Shown in pieces: positions 48,983 through 64,000 of a DNA stretch of 64,000 nt. How positions within the stretch are numbered: position 1 is the first letter of the stretch; the number at the start of each line of letters is the position of its first letter. The DNA lies in the NCBI RefSeq assembly GCF_009914755.1, contig NC_060931.1. One strand, given 5' to 3'. A program made the translations under genes and the position numbers. The notes under the pieces are model-generated. The model saw only the letters and a list, made by a program, of their open reading frames with translations, was not told where the DNA came from and searched no databases. This DNA comes from the human T2T-CHM13v2.0 reference genome, Homo sapiens.

Positions 48983-50170
48983 GAAATCGAGATGAAAATC
49001 TGTGGAGAGAGAGAAATGTTCTCACTGTCCACTGAGAGGGCCTGGGAGCAGCACCATCCAATGCAAGGAGCATGCTGAGCACTCAGGTCTTGGCCCCTAA
49101 ACACCACTGCCCCCTAAAAGGAAACAGGTTCCTAGAGAAATGGCTGATTCTGAGGCTAAACCAGAAACAGTACAAGGTAAGTCTGGAATATCTTGTACCA
49201 GAAAGTAGGGAAGGGCTCAGGGACATAGAGAGCCAGAGCGCCTGAATGGGCTCTCATAGGGCTCTCACATGCCAAATGTGGGAATATTTGAGCATCAAAT
49301 TAAATAACAATAACAGATTATAACCCAGTAAATAAAGTGGAATCCATGAGCCTATACTGAGAGAAGCAGGGGCAGGGAGAAAGAGAGAGAGAGAGAGACG
49401 ATGACAAAGCTTTTTTTTTTACAATAGAATGCCAACTAATAAATATAGAAGGAACAATGGAATTAGAAAAGTTGGCAGCCCTCATAGTAATAACTTACTC
49501 AGCCAAGAAACATCAATGGATGCTAAAACTAGTAAGTGGAAGTTTGAAGAATAACAGGATATTACAGAGCTTCAAAATACTTATTGACTACCATGGGGAA
49601 AGAGGCTTTCAGTGGTGAAACCTGGCAGTCGATACCTCAATCAACTAATCAAGGCTAACAACGTCACTATTGGACAAACTGAAATCATGTACCACCTGCC
49701 AGGACTCAATGAGGAACACCAGCATCACTTCTGTGATACTCCTGCCAGAGACGCATAGCCCGAATTGGGTTCACTCTACAAAATAACTGGCCTGTAATCT
49801 TGAAAAATATCAAGATCATGAAATTCAAGGAAAAACTGAGGGACTGTTCTAGACTGAAGGAAACGTGATGTGAAAACTAAGCAAAACATTGTGATCTTGG
49901 ATTGGGTCCTTTGGGTAGGAAAGACATTATTGAGAAAATTGGTGAAATTTGATTGGCAGTGCAAATTAGGTGGCAGAGATGTATCTATGTTAATTTCCTC
50001 ATTTTGCTAGTGTATTGTCCTTATTTGTAGCAAATGTGCATTAAAGTATTCTCGAGTGATAGGACAACATGTCAGCAACCTATTCTCAAATAGTACAAGG
50101 AAAAGAACATTTTTAATACTGTTCTTGCACCTTTTCAAGTTTAAAATATTTTAAAACAAAAAGAATAAAA
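48800..50170 (+). mobile_element. L1MC-type 3' region
   Basis: cagcatcacttctgtgatactcctgcc...gggactgttctagactgaagg...gatcttggattgggtcc. Confidence 0.65.
48895..48982. repeat. Compound STR (CA)n-(GATA)10
   Basis: Read directly. Confidence 0.95.
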
Positions 50171-50611
50171 CAAAAAACAAATACACAAAAAAAATGGATG
50201 AGGAAGCCCAGAGACAATTCCAGGAAGCGGTTGGCTGGGTTTCTTCAAGTGCCAGTGAGATGAGAAATAAAAAGGCAGGATGGAGGGGAGGAGCTGATGT
50301 AGACTAACAAGATTCATACCGGTATACATCCCGATTCCAACAGATGAGCCCTGGAAAGACATTTTAAAGATAATCAGGGATATCCGAATATGGACTGGCT
50401 ATGAGATATTACCAAGTTATTCTTGCTAATATTCTAAGTGTGAAAAAGCCATTGTGATTATGTAAAAACACGTGGGGGTATTTTTCAGACGCATATTGAA
50501 GCACGTGGGAATAAAATGACATGAGGTCTGGCTAATAGTTGACAGAAAAGGGAGAGACACAACAAATAGAGAAAGACCTTTGATAATTATTGAATCCAGA
50601 TTATAAGTGTT

Positions 50612-50966
50612 GTGTTAGTCGGCTCAGGCTGTTGGAGTGACTTTAAAAAACAGAAATTTATTTTCTCAGTGTGCAGGCTGGAAGTCCAAGATCAAGGTGC
50701 CAGCAGGTTTGTTTTCTCCCGAGGTGTCTCCACTTGAAGACAGCCACCTGGCCGTGTCCTCACAGTCTTCTCTCAGTCTGTGTTGTCTGTGGTCCTAATC
50801 TCTTTTTCTAAGGACACTGGTCATACTGGATTGGGCCCATCCATATGACCTCATTTTACCTTAATTACCTCTTTGAAGGCCCTATCTCCACATAAAGTCA
50901 CATTCTTAGGTACTGAGGGTTAGGACTTCAACATGAATTTTAGGGGATGCGGTTTAACCTATAACA
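50612..50966 (-). mobile_element. MLT1A/B-type LTR
   Basis: gtgttagtcggctcaggct...ggaagtccaagatcaaggtgccagca...gttaggacttcaacatgaatttt. Confidence 0.8.
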
Positions 50967-51032
50967 GGTATATGGGGGTTACCATAGTCTCTCATTTTGA
51001 TGAATGTTTTTCATAATAAAAATTTTCATAAT

Positions 51033-51350
51033 AGGCCAGGCACAGTAGCTCACGCCTGTAATCCCAGCACTTTGGGAGGTCAAGGCGGGCAGATCACCTG
51101 AGGTCAGGAGTTCAAGACCAGCCTGGCCAACATGGTGAAACACCATCTCTACTAAAAATACACACACACACACACACACACATTAGCCAGGCATGGCAGT
51201 GGGCGCCTGTAGTCCCAGCTACTCAGGAGGCTGAGGCAGTAGAATCACTTGAGCCCAGGAGGCGGAGGTTTCAGTGAGCTGAGAGCATGCCATTGCACTC
51301 CAGCCTGGGCGACAGAGCAAGACTCCGTCTCAGAAAAAAATTATAATAAA
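51033..51350 (+). mobile_element. AluSx with (CA)11 in the central linker
   Basis: Alu consensus; linker reads actaaaaata(ca)11ttagcc. Confidence 0.9.
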
Positions 51351-51859
51351 AATAAATGCAGAAAGAGTAAGTTGAGATAGCCACTGTAGATGGGTCTTTT
51401 TGAGGAGTTTTGCTGCAGAAAACATCAGAGAAATGGGATCATGCCTGGAGGTGGATGGAATACGGGGACAAGGGAGTTTTTGTTTTTTCTTTTAAAATGA
51501 TTATTATTGAGGCATATTAGTATGCTAATAAGGAGAATCCAGTACAGAGAAAAAAAGTATGCACAATGAAAGACGGAATAATAGCAGGTGAAGATCCTTA
51601 GTTGGCAAGAGAGCATGGGGTACGGGTAAAAAATGGAGGTACCACCCTGTCTCTGCCAGGGGCTCTGTCTAGGCGGCTGTGAGAGTGAAGAAATCCTCTT
51701 CCAACCGACGATGTTCCTCAGTGAAAAAGGAAGGAAGGGCATTCCAGGTCTATATTTTATCATTTAAAAAAAAAAAAAAAAAGGAGCAAGGGCATCTGTC
51801 AGTGAAGAGTGAGGGAGTGTCAGAGATTTTAGGAGAGGAGAGAAGATGAGAAATGCTCA

Positions 51860-52268
<409 letters not shown>

Positions 52269-52745
52269 TCAGTGCCTCAGGAGGGTGTGGAAGACGCGAA
52301 GCTCTGGATTTAATCAAAGTTGGAGTTTGGTTAGGAAAATACAGTGAGGGGGCGGGACACCGAAAGTGAAGGATGTATGCAAGGGAGCGATTAGAAACAC
52401 GTGCGTCAGAACACCAGCGGGAGCTTGATGAAAATTTAGGAGGTGGTGGTGGTCGAGCGGGATGGTTGAAATGTAAATTTTGGAGGGATGTGGGAATTAA
52501 TAAGGACAACGTCTATGACATGACCGTGGAGCGGCTACCGCGCGGGGGTAGAAATTACTGGAGAAGAGACCAGGGATCAAGAGGTGGAAGAGCTGGATGG
52601 ATTGTCTACGTGGATTTCGGAGCCTGTTATTTTGGCAGTCACCTTTCTAATTTTCTAAATTCTTACTTGTTCCCCTTTGAAGAGCATTCTGTTCTTGTTC
52701 TGTGGCTATAAAATTTTCTGAATCTTTCTAAGGATATTAGAGCGT

Positions 52746-52799
52746 CTCCCTCTCCCTCTCTCTCTCTCTCTCCACACACACACACACACACACACACAC
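52746..52799. repeat. (CT)n(CA)n compound microsatellite
   Basis: Read directly. Confidence 0.93.
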
Positions 52800-53429
52800 T
52801 TTTGTTCTTCAAATCATCTTTTTCTTTGGAGTTGGTTGCACTCCTGGTTTATCTAGATCATTCTCATTTGATGAAACACCGTGGTGAAAACCCTCCTACC
52901 TAGAGCTTCGCCCTCATCACGATTATCCATGTGGTGAGTCTTTAAAGGCCAGGTGACGGCCCTTCCCCCTCTCCTGGGAAATCACGCCAGCGCTGATCCT
53001 GCTAGGAGAGGGGAGAGGGGAGAGAATATGAATGAGACCTTGAAAGCAGAAGCCTCACTTTGGGGTCATATTTGGAAAAGCCCCTGTCTTCAGCAGCCAC
53101 AGAAGGTCCCCCTGGGACCTCCTCAAGCCAGGAGCAGGCTGTGAGAGGTTTCCCTGGAATGGGGGTCTGGGTGCCCCCCACCCCCGTTTCCACCTCCCGC
53201 CTGCACCGCCGGGAGCTCCGGAGGAGTTCCCGGGGACCTAGAAACAGCGGCGAGAGCGTGAGAGGGGACGAGCTGGGGGTCCGGGCCAAAAGGAGGATGG
53301 AGGGGCTAGGCTTCTAGAGCGTGGGAAGGGGTCCCAGGGACCGAGCCAAGTGGAAGGCTTGTCCAGGCCCCCGCCTGCTCCCCTGGATCTGGAGGGAGCC
53401 TCCACGTGCTTCCGGCTGGGGCGGCACCG

Positions 53430-53460
53430 CGCAGTGCCGGGAGCGCCCACGAGGGGGCGC
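53430..53460 (+). promoter_or_regulatory. Candidate CTCF site with upstream module
   Basis: Core CCACGAGGGGGCGC at 53447-53460, preceded by GCAGTGCC at 53431-53438. Confidence 0.75.
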
Positions 53461-53580
53461 GCGAGCTCGGCGGCGGCGGCGGCGCCCCAGCGGGAGCGGG
53501 AGGCCGCGGGGCACAAAGAGTGGCGGGGCGGACCCTGGGGCGCCCGGGTTCCCTGTCCCGTGGGTCCCCAGCAAACCGCA

Positions 53581-54204
53581 GCGGTAGGAGAGGTGGGCTT
53601 TGCCTCTGAAGCACAGCAGGCCCTTAACAAGTTTTCACGGACTGAATGCGTGAGCTATGTAAGCCCTGCCGCATCGCGACGTTAGAGGTTTCCCAAGTTA
53701 CGCCCCCGCAGGCGCTCTGATACTGACATATTAAAAGAAGCCCGGAGGAAGAGGGCGACGCACGCGGGTGGCTTTAGGCCGCCTATTTGGGGAATAAATG
53801 ACAGAAGGGGCGTGGTGGGGTGGGGAGGAAGCGGGTCCCCGCGCCCTGGGTTCCGATTCTGGCCCGAGGCTCAGCTAGGATGGCCCCAGATCCCAGAGAA
53901 CGTCCTACCTAGTGCCCGTTTCCACACCTCCCCCTCCCGCCCCAGAGTTACGGGTTAAGGAGAAAGACTTGGTCAGAGAAAACGTGAGACGGCGCCGGGG
54001 CAGGGACCCTCCTCCCGCAGCACACATCCCACCCTCCTTGCTCAGACACAGGCTTTTTCTGGCTGCTTGTGCTTCTAGGAGGCGCCACTGCGGGAGTCAG
54101 CCGTAGGAGGGGTGGGCTTTGCCTCTGAAGCACAGCAGGCCCTTAACAAGTTTTCACGGACTGAATGCATGAGCTATGTACGCCCTGCAGCACCGCGACG
54201 TTAG
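53581..54204 (+). repeat. 105-bp direct duplication (53581-53685 / 54100-54204)
   Basis: Ungapped, 6 mismatches by hand. Confidence 0.93.
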
Positions 54205-54293
54205 GACCCCCTTCTCCAGGAGGGGTCCTTAACCAGCTCCCCCTCCTCTGTGGTGATGACAGTGACAACCCCAGGTTCAAATCCCTGTTAACC

Positions 54294-54657
<364 letters not shown>

Positions 54658-55399
54658 TCATGGGACTAATTAAGGCACCTGCCACAGGAATCGTTGTGAG
54701 GGTTAAATGAGGCGCTCGAGGCAGCTGGAAAGGGAGAATCCTGTCTGGGAAAGGAGGCAGCTGGGCCTGGGACATCGGCCTGGGGCACGGGACTCCCCTG
54801 GGCCATGTAAGAGCTGGCCTTACCTGGCCCGTCCAGTGGAGGCTCAGCTAGAGGGATAAGCTCTCAGCTGGTAACAATGGCGGCTGCCAGTTTTCTGCTT
54901 GGGTAAGAGGTGGGCACCAGCCCTGTGAGCGGCCTTCATTGCCTCATAGAGTTTTGGAGAGTTGCACGTGCCGTGGGCCATAAACTTCAGCCATGAGTAA
55001 ACATCACACAGAACCCTGTGCTTAGAGGCCCCTCCTCTGGGTTCTTGCAAACATATTGGTCAACTAATATGTCTCTGGCACGTGCTAAATGCTACAGCGG
55101 CAGGAATTCCTGACTCACATTTCTTTCTGCCTTTCGTGCCCTCCCCCAGATAGCTGCGTGGCTCTATAACTTCCTTCCAGTTTCTGCTCAAATGAACCCC
55201 TACCCGTGCAACCCTTGTCCCCTTATTCTGCTTTATTTTTTCCATAGCACTTATTACCACCTGCCAAATTGATTTATTTATTGTTTATTCTTCCCCATTA
55301 ATATTGAAACCCCACAAAGGCAGGGACAATAATTTATTTAAAAATCTAGTTCTAGATTAAGGGTCCTGGGAGTACCCGCTAGAGACTATAACGGCAAAA

Positions 55400-58150
55400 A
55401 ATGCCAAAAAGAGAGAGGTGGACATAGAAAGAAAAAGAAAAAAGCTTAAACAAAGGATTGAAACCCCCCACTGAAAATTATAAAATACATGAGGAATTCT
55501 AATGCTAAGACAAACAAAATCTACAATCAGAAGATGAATTCACTGCAGATGACGTTAATTTTATAGAATAGTTTGACAAATATTGTAAGTAAATGTGTTT
55601 GAGGAGCTTAAGGAAATGACTGAAGGAACAACTTCTATTAAATAAAAAAAAAAAACCAAGACATTCAAATAGGCAGAAATGAACCAAGAAGTAGACATCT
55701 TAGAAATAAAATAAGTATTGGCTGTTGAAAAAAAAGTTATAGGATGAATTCCAAAATAGAAACAAAGAGTATATTAGTAAATCTGAAGATGGTAAAAAAA
55801 GAAAAGAATTAGTTTAGAATGCAGCACAGACTGATGAAGAGACTAAAATAAGAACGAATTAAGACACATGAATGATGGATTAAAATAGACTCTGATGTAT
55901 GAAAATAGGAATCTCAGAAGAAGAGAATGGAAAAATAATATTTGGAACAATAAAGCTAAGAATTTCCTGGATTGAAGAGGACATGAATTATTTGATTATA
56001 AGTGCACTCAAGGTGCCAAGCAAGGTAAATAAAAATAAGTCTACACCTAAGCACATTGTCTGCAACTGCGGAACATAAAGGATAACAAGACAATAGCAGA
56101 AGCTATCAAAAAGAAAAGATAAAATCCACCTAAAGGCATGTCTATTAGACTGTCAGCCTACTCCTCATAAGCAATGGAATAATATCTTTAAAGCCCTGAG
56201 TTTATATGCAGCTAAATTATCATTCAGGAACAAAGGCAAAATAGAGATATTTTCAGACATACAAAGACTAAGAGGATCTACCTCCCACAGATGTTCACTA
56301 CAAGAAAAGTAATTCAGCAAGAAGAGAAATGAACCCAGAGAGAGGACGTGGGATGTAATAAACAATGGTCAGCATGGACATTGATAAAATGTTAGTACAT
56401 TTAACTAATTTCCAACTTTAAAAAGAAAGTTTTTGTGACTTAAAAAAGGTAAAGTGAAAATTCCGAAAAGACAATATAAGCATAGGGAGGGGTGGTGTTC
56501 TGTTGGTGATTAAAGTAAACGAATGGACTTGTATTTGGGAGGAGAATAGAAATACTAGATTTTTGACAGTGTCAGAATAGTTTATAGTGAAGTGTGCATA
56601 TTAAAAATGTAAAAGTAATTGTTAAAGGAAAAGAAATGCAATCCTTTCAAATCAGCAGAAGAAATGCAGAAAGCTTGATCAATCCAACGGAAGGTGAGAA
56701 AGAAGAAAAAAGAAGCAAAGAAAAAGGACGTAAACATATATGACAAAATAAGGTGGTAGAAATGAGTCCAAATAATCAGTAATCAAATTAAATGAAAACT
56801 GATTAAATTCACTAGATTGAATTTTTTTAAAAAGCATCTATATACTGCTTATAAGTAACATGCTTAAAACAAAACCATGAAATATAATTGAAATTAAAGA
56901 CATGGAAAAGATATATCATAAAAAATACAAAACAAAGGAAGTTAATATAGCAATGCTAATATCAGACAAAGTTGGGCTTTTTGTTGTTGTTGTTGTTATT
57001 GTTTTTGAGACAATGTCTCTTTCTGTCGCCCATGTTGGAGTACAGTGGCATGATCATGGCTCACTGCAGCCTTGGCCTCCCAGATTCAAGCGATCCTCCC
57101 ACCTCAACCTCCTGAATAGCTAGGACTACAGGTGTGCACCACCATGATGGCTAATATAAAAAAAAAATTTTTTTGTAGAGACAGAGTCTCACCATGTTGC
57201 CCAGTTCACCATGTTGAACTCCTAAACTCAAGCCACCTGCCTGCCTCAGCCTCCCAAAGTGTTGAGATAATATGTGTGAGCCACTGACCCAGCCAATTAC
57301 ATTTTTAAATGATTTTAAATGTAGTAAAAATAAACCAAACAAACAAATACTGATATGATTTGGCTCTGTGTCCCCACTCAAATCTCATCTCGACTTGTAA
57401 TCCCCAGGTGTGGAGGGAGCAACCTGGTGGGAGGTGACTGGATCATGGGGGCGGTTTCCCCCATGCTGTTCTCCTGATAGTGAGTGCACACAAGATCTGA
57501 TGCTTTAAAAGTGTTTGGCAGTTCCCCCTCTTCTCTTTCTTTCTCTCCCTCCCTGCCTCCCTCCCTCCCTCTTTCCTTTCCCTTCTCCCTCTCTTCTACC
57601 ACCTTCTGAAGAAGGTACTTGCTTCTCCTTTGCCTACCCTCATGATTGTAAGTTTCCTGAGGCATCCTCAGCAATGTGGAACTGTGAGTCAATTAAACCT
57701 CCTTTCTTTATAAATTACCCAGTCTCAGGTGGTATCTTTATAGCAGCATGGGAACAGACTAATACAAATACCATTTTCACATTTTGAGAAACTTAATTTA
57801 CAGTTTGAAAAAAAATCAAATGAGATGTACAAAGTATTTATAACTGAGTAACAGTGAGAGTTTTACATATCAAAACTTATGGAATGCAGTTAAAGCAGTG
57901 CATGATGATAAATTTATCATCTTAAATAAATTTATTAAGGAACAAAACAAAATAATAACAATTGAGTTAAGCATTCACTTCAAAGAGCTGGAAAAAACCA
58001 ACAATTAAAAAATAAATGGAAGGAAATAATAAAGACGTAGAGTAGAGATTAGTGAAATAGAAAACAATAGAAAAGATTAACAACATAAAATCAGGTTGAG
58101 GAATAAAAGTCATAAGTTATATTAAGAATGAAGAGGAGTATTAGTATTAC
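55400..58150 (+). mobile_element. Old L1M ORF1/ORF2 remnants with AluJ (-, ~57003-57293)
   Basis: 56170-56280 translates like the L1 ORF1 C-terminus (QWNNIFKAL...AKLSFRNKGKIEIFSDIQRL). Confidence 0.7.
57351..57766 (+). mobile_element. THE1/MST solo LTR
   Basis: TGATATGATTTGG...GACTAATACA; TSD AATAC at 57346-57350 and 57767-57771. Confidence 0.92.
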
Positions 58151-58184
58151 TATGGATAAAGGTAAAACTAAAAACTCATCAAAT

Positions 58185-59040
58185 TAGCCAAGCACATAAC
58201 AGTCTAAAATTAAAAACTACCTTCCCCAGACTCCCTTGCAGCTAGGTGGGCTCCCATGAATCTGTTCTGGCCAGTGGGATGTAAATAGAAATGATGAGCC
58301 CTGGCACAGTGGCTCATGCCTGTAATCCCAGCACTTTGGGAGGCCGAGGCAGGCAGATCATGAGGTCAGGAGATCAAGACCATCCTGGCTAACATGGTGA
58401 AACCCCGTCTCTACTAAAAATACAAAAAATTAGCTGGGCGTGGTAGCAGGCGCCTGTAGTCCCAGCTACTTAGGAGGCTGAGGCAGGAGACTCCAGCCTG
58501 GGCAACAGAGCGAGACTCCGTCTCAAAAAAAGAAAAAAAAAAAAAGAAATGATGTGTAAAACTTCTATGAAGTCCCATTATAAAGTCCTTAGGGGGATGG
58601 CAGGGGGATGCCCTTCCCTTTCCTTTTTCTCATTCCTGCATCCTGGAATGCAGACTTGCTGGCTAATGTTAGAGCAGCCATTTTGGACCATGAGATGTGA
58701 GCCTCATATTGAAGACAGAGGAGAAAGAATGGAGAGAGCCCAAGTCTCTAAGGATTTAGGAACTTGCACTCCAGCTTGGGACTGCTGATAGAAATAAACT
58801 TCAGCCCATTGTGGTAGTGCACACCTGTAGTCCCAGCTACTCAGCAACTGAGGCTGAGGCAAGATGATCACTTGAGCCCAGGAGCTCAAGGCTGTAGTAC
58901 GCAGTGATTGTGCCTGCAAATAGCTAGTGCATCCCAGCCTGGGCAGCATGGCAAGACCCCATATCTATAAATAAATAAACTTCTAACTTGTTTAAACTGC
59001 TCTTTTGTGCTATTTTCTGTTGCTTATAATCAAAACATAA
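58185..59040 (+). mobile_element. MLT1-type LTR with an internally deleted AluY/Sc (~58298-58548) and an Alu right-arm monomer (~58803-58980)
   Basis: ttccccagactcccttgcagctagg (MLT1J/K-like); Alu flanked by agaaatgatg repeats. Confidence 0.7.
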
Positions 59041-61527
59041 ACTTGTGTAATGAAACTGGCAAAAAGGATCTATCAAAAAACTAGTGGCAAACACAGCATA
59101 GGAGTCCCTTTGGAATCATTCCTACAGAAATCAGAACCAAGACAAAAATTCCTGCTAGCACTTCTACTCAGAATTGCATGTGAGAGCCTATGCAAAATGA
59201 CAAAAAGGAAAAAGAGCAAGAAAAGATGTAAGAATAGAAAGAAAGAAAACACTGTTGTTAGTTGCAGATGTAATGAATTTCCTACATAAAAAATGTAGGC
59301 TTTCAGGCAAAGACGGCAAATTGAACGCATGAATCTAATTTTTTTTCCTCCTGATATTCCACTAAAATTACAGCAAAGGGATTTTAAAATATAGACATAA
59401 CTCTACAAGGACAAGAAAAACAGGAGAGAAGTTACGAGCAATAACATTTTAGAAACTGGGAAGCAGATGGGAAAGAAGTTGCTGACTTAGCAGGTCCAAG
59501 AATGCCATATCCCAAGCTGACAGTGGTTAAGTAGGACACCACCTGACCCAGCGGCATCCTCACAGCCTCTGCCACTGCTGGGATGGGGTGTGATGGATGG
59601 GGATAAATAGGGATAACTGATTGAAAGCTGTTTAGGAAGCAGTTAGACCCAGGATCTCAGCACTCTCCTAGTTTTACACTGCAAAGCAATGCCCTCTCCC
59701 ACCCTGGCAGAAGCTGGGGGAAGTATTTTTCTGGACTGAGAAATCCAGTTATGGAGACTGTATCCAAGAAAGAGAGAATTATTAATATATGCTTCACGAA
59801 CGCTGAAACTGTCTGGCGTTCTTTGCTATTAGGTTCCCAAAAAGAAAGACCTAAAAGTACTAACACTGGGCTCCACCAAACCATCCATCCAGATGGCTCG
59901 GCAAAGAAGCTCAGAGTTGACATTCCCACCCCACCTCCCACCCCTCCCATGGGCTCAGAGCTTTCAAACAGCATTGTGGCTTCTCGCTCTTGGTCATAAG
60001 CAGACAACCAAGGATTATCAACATCTGAAGAAAGCCTCTAACCTGAAAAATAGGGGCCAATAAAGAACAAGCTGGCAGAAACAGACTATAAAAGAAAGCT
60101 TTAAGAAATAAAAAGAGCTATCATACATATCTTCAAAGGCAAAAAGAGACATTTTGCATGCATGAAATGAGAACAGGATGCAGTCTGTTTCTTACCAGGA
60201 AGCTGGACTAGCATAACTTCTGGCTCCTTCTCTAGAGATCAATGCTAGAGAAACCAAGAAAGCTCTAAGGATCCCCTGAGAACTGTTGGAGTTGTTCTCT
60301 TGCTTCTTGGAGTTGTTCTCTGCTGTTACTTTGGGAGCTTAGTACCTGCTCTGTGCACAGCTGCTGTGACTCAGACCTTTGGTCCAGGGGTCATTGAGAG
60401 TAAAATTAGAAGCCCCATACTTGTGAGGAGCCGAGAAAAATATATAGGGAATAACCATCCTTGGGTAGTATCTTTCTTCCCCCTTATTCTACAACCTCCT
60501 AAGGCTGGTAAATTATAATCTAAGTTTCACCTCCTAATGCTGCTTTTTCTCTAGGGGAGAGGAACAAGGGTACGAAGAATGATGCCTTGACACAAGAAGT
60601 TGTTTTGTGGGTGAGAACTGAGATTTTTCTGATAACTAGGGCTTTTCACCCTAAATCTCATCTGCTCTACCCTCACGCCCACAGAGGTAGTTGCAATCAA
60701 CAAGCACAGAGGCCTGGCCTTCAGCATTGCCTGGCAGAATAGCCAGTGCCCTAGGGAAAAATCAGCACTAAGAAGCACAAATATTCCACAAGAAAAACAA
60801 CATATTGTATTTTAGATTCTAACAGAAGCCTAAATATTAAAACAGATGGGCAAAAATCTTCTAATTTGCTTTATAAACATAGAAAGATAAAGATATAAGC
60901 AAAATAAAGCAAAATAAGAAAACATAAAAAAGAACCTAGGAGAAGCACAGCATTAGGTTTGAAAAATATAGTAGTTGAAATACAGTATTAGACATGGAAA
61001 GTATCACAGTTAAAATAAACAACATAATAGGATAATTACAGGCTGAGGAATGAATTGGAGTGTCAAATGAGGAAATCCTCAAGAAGGAAGAAGGAAAGGA
61101 CAAAAAAATAGAAAACAAAAACCAAAAGACATGGAAGTCATTAAACGAAGCCATAGTCAAGGGGAGGAGAATTAGCCTCCATCTTTTGGAGGGAGAAATG
61201 TCAAATAATTAGTGGATAGTCTATACATCACACTCAGAGTGGATTTTTTTAAAGGTATGATACTTTGGATAAATCAAGATTGATATGTATCAATTTTAGG
61301 AAATTCTCGACCATTATCTCTTTAAAGCTCCCCTATTTTCTCCCCTGGAATTCTTGTTAGACATCTATCAGATTATTTTATATACTTAACCTCTTTTATA
61401 GTTTCTATATCTTAATGTATCTATACTGAACTATTGGTAGTATCTTCATATTTATCTTCCAGTTCACTAATTCTCTCCTCAACTAAGTCTTCAATTGGGT
61501 CTAATATACTATTCACGACATTCTGGC

Positions 61528-62714
<1,187 letters not shown>

Positions 62715-63129
62715 TGAGAATCTTTGGGCCTTAATTGAGGATGACTTTCTCCAGATAAGATTTACATTTACTTTTTCTGGGTGCCAAGATGCCAACCTGC
62801 TCACTTTAACATCTTCCAGGGTCCCAGCTTACCACCTGGGTCCTGGTTTAGCTGCTTCTTGCTGCTGGCCCAAAGTTTAGTCTTGCAAAGTTATCTTGCT
62901 GCACTTACATGTGTGGACATCTGCACTCAGGGCAACCCCATTTCCCCTGTATGGTTGTTTTTTCCCGTGGTTTCAGCTCACTTGGTACCTTGGAGATTTC
63001 ACTTATTTCCTGCAATCCCAGCTGTGCATGAGGAATCCTGCTTCCAGCAGGATAGACATGATCGTGACAAGACTTGTCAGGGTACCTAGGCTGTTACTTG
63101 CAGAAATGGAAGTCCCAGGAATTTTTTTA

Positions 63130-63965
63130 CCATGAAAACACCCAGAAAAACAAACAGAGCTAGTAAGAGAATTCAGCAAGTTTACTGAAAGAGGCCAATA
63201 TAAAAAAATTCATATTATCCCTATACACCAGTAACAGCCAATTAGAAAATATAAAAGAAAAAAATCATTTATAATGATAATACTCTTTAAGATGCTTAGG
63301 AATAAATCTAGCAAAAGATATACAAGACCTTTAAGGAGAAAAAATTGCAAAAATATTATCAAAGGACATAAAAGAAGATATGAATAAATGGGAATTTTTA
63401 AATGCTCCTGGGTAATACCCGTGGGTTGGAAGATGCTATCATAAAGGTGTCAGCTCTTCTCAATTTAATCTATAACTTTAATACAACACAAATGAAAATT
63501 TCTGTAGAATTTTTTGTGGAACTTGGCAAGCTGATTCTAATATTAATGTGGAACAACAAAATGAAAAGAAGTGCTAATATAATTGTGAAGTGTGTGGGAA
63601 GGGGACTTTCCATACAAAATATGAAGATTTATTATAAGTTGTACTAGCTCAGACAGTGTGGTTTCAGCACAGGGACAGAAAAGTAGCTCTATGGATTTAA
63701 ATAGAGTCCAGAAAATAAACCTCGTCATATTTGGAAACTTGATATATGAGAGAGATTGCATTACATTTGTGGGGGAAAGAAGGACTATTTAATAAATAAT
63801 GCTGGGAGAAATTGTTATCTTTATGGGATAATAAATCTCCATAGATATTATACAAAAACTCTGTGTGGATTAAGGGCTTTAATGTGAAAAGCAAAACTTT
63901 ATAATTCTTAGAAGAAAATACATCATGATCGTGACATATCTTTGTGGCCTCAAGTTGGAAGGGGA
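63130..63965 (+). mobile_element. L1M ORF2 remnant
   Basis: ORF 63402..63647 (IIKVSALLNLIYNFNTTQMKISVEFFVELGKLILILMWNNK...KIYYK) aligns by eye to L1 ORF2p ([31 protein letters not shown]...LYYK). Confidence 0.85.
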
Positions 63966-64000
63966 AGGATTTTTTTTCTTTTTTGAGAGACAGTCTCACT

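Larger units (their letters stand above)
53150..54290. promoter_or_regulatory. Second orphan CpG island
   Basis: Dense CpG, (GGC)5 at ~53469-53483, E-box CACGTG at 53403-53408, GC box ggggcgtgg near 53807, TATA-like TATTAAAA near 53729. Confidence 0.8.

Noticed and set aside
63402-63647. Protein-like ORF
   Set aside because: Decayed L1 ORF2 fragment.

Overview
Human genomic DNA: an AluYa5 with all five diagnostic bases, plus Alu, L1, L2, MIR, MaLR, MER11 and Tigger content. Positions 1 to ~10,257 hold the 3' end of SND1 (Tudor-SN/p100, chr7q32) on the + strand. This comprises the last six coding exons (exons 19-24 of 24 by recalled numbering, ~aa 704-910, including the Tudor aromatic cage), the 3'UTR and the AATAAA poly(A) signal. 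All six exons were read directly and splice into one frame with GT-AG boundaries. The remaining ~54 kb has no recognisable protein-coding gene. It contains two orphan CpG islands (~21.2-22.3 kb and ~53.1-54.3 kb, the second with an extended CTCF motif and a 105-bp duplication), a 997-bp 33/34-bp VNTR, a MER11 solo LTR with a 6-bp TSD, two THE1/MST LTRs with 5-bp TSDs, nested transposons, several local duplications and several AT-rich homeodomain-motif clusters that look like enhancers. I see no demonstrable new biological system. The best candidates for follow-up are the VNTR, whose 34-bp units come in blocks of 3, 6 and 9 and leave a long minus-strand ORF open downstream of an LTR promoter; the repeated homeodomain modules; and a 236-bp duplication flanking a one-ended Tigger. 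Repeat family calls are from recalled consensus sequences, and boundaries without a stated TSD are approximate.
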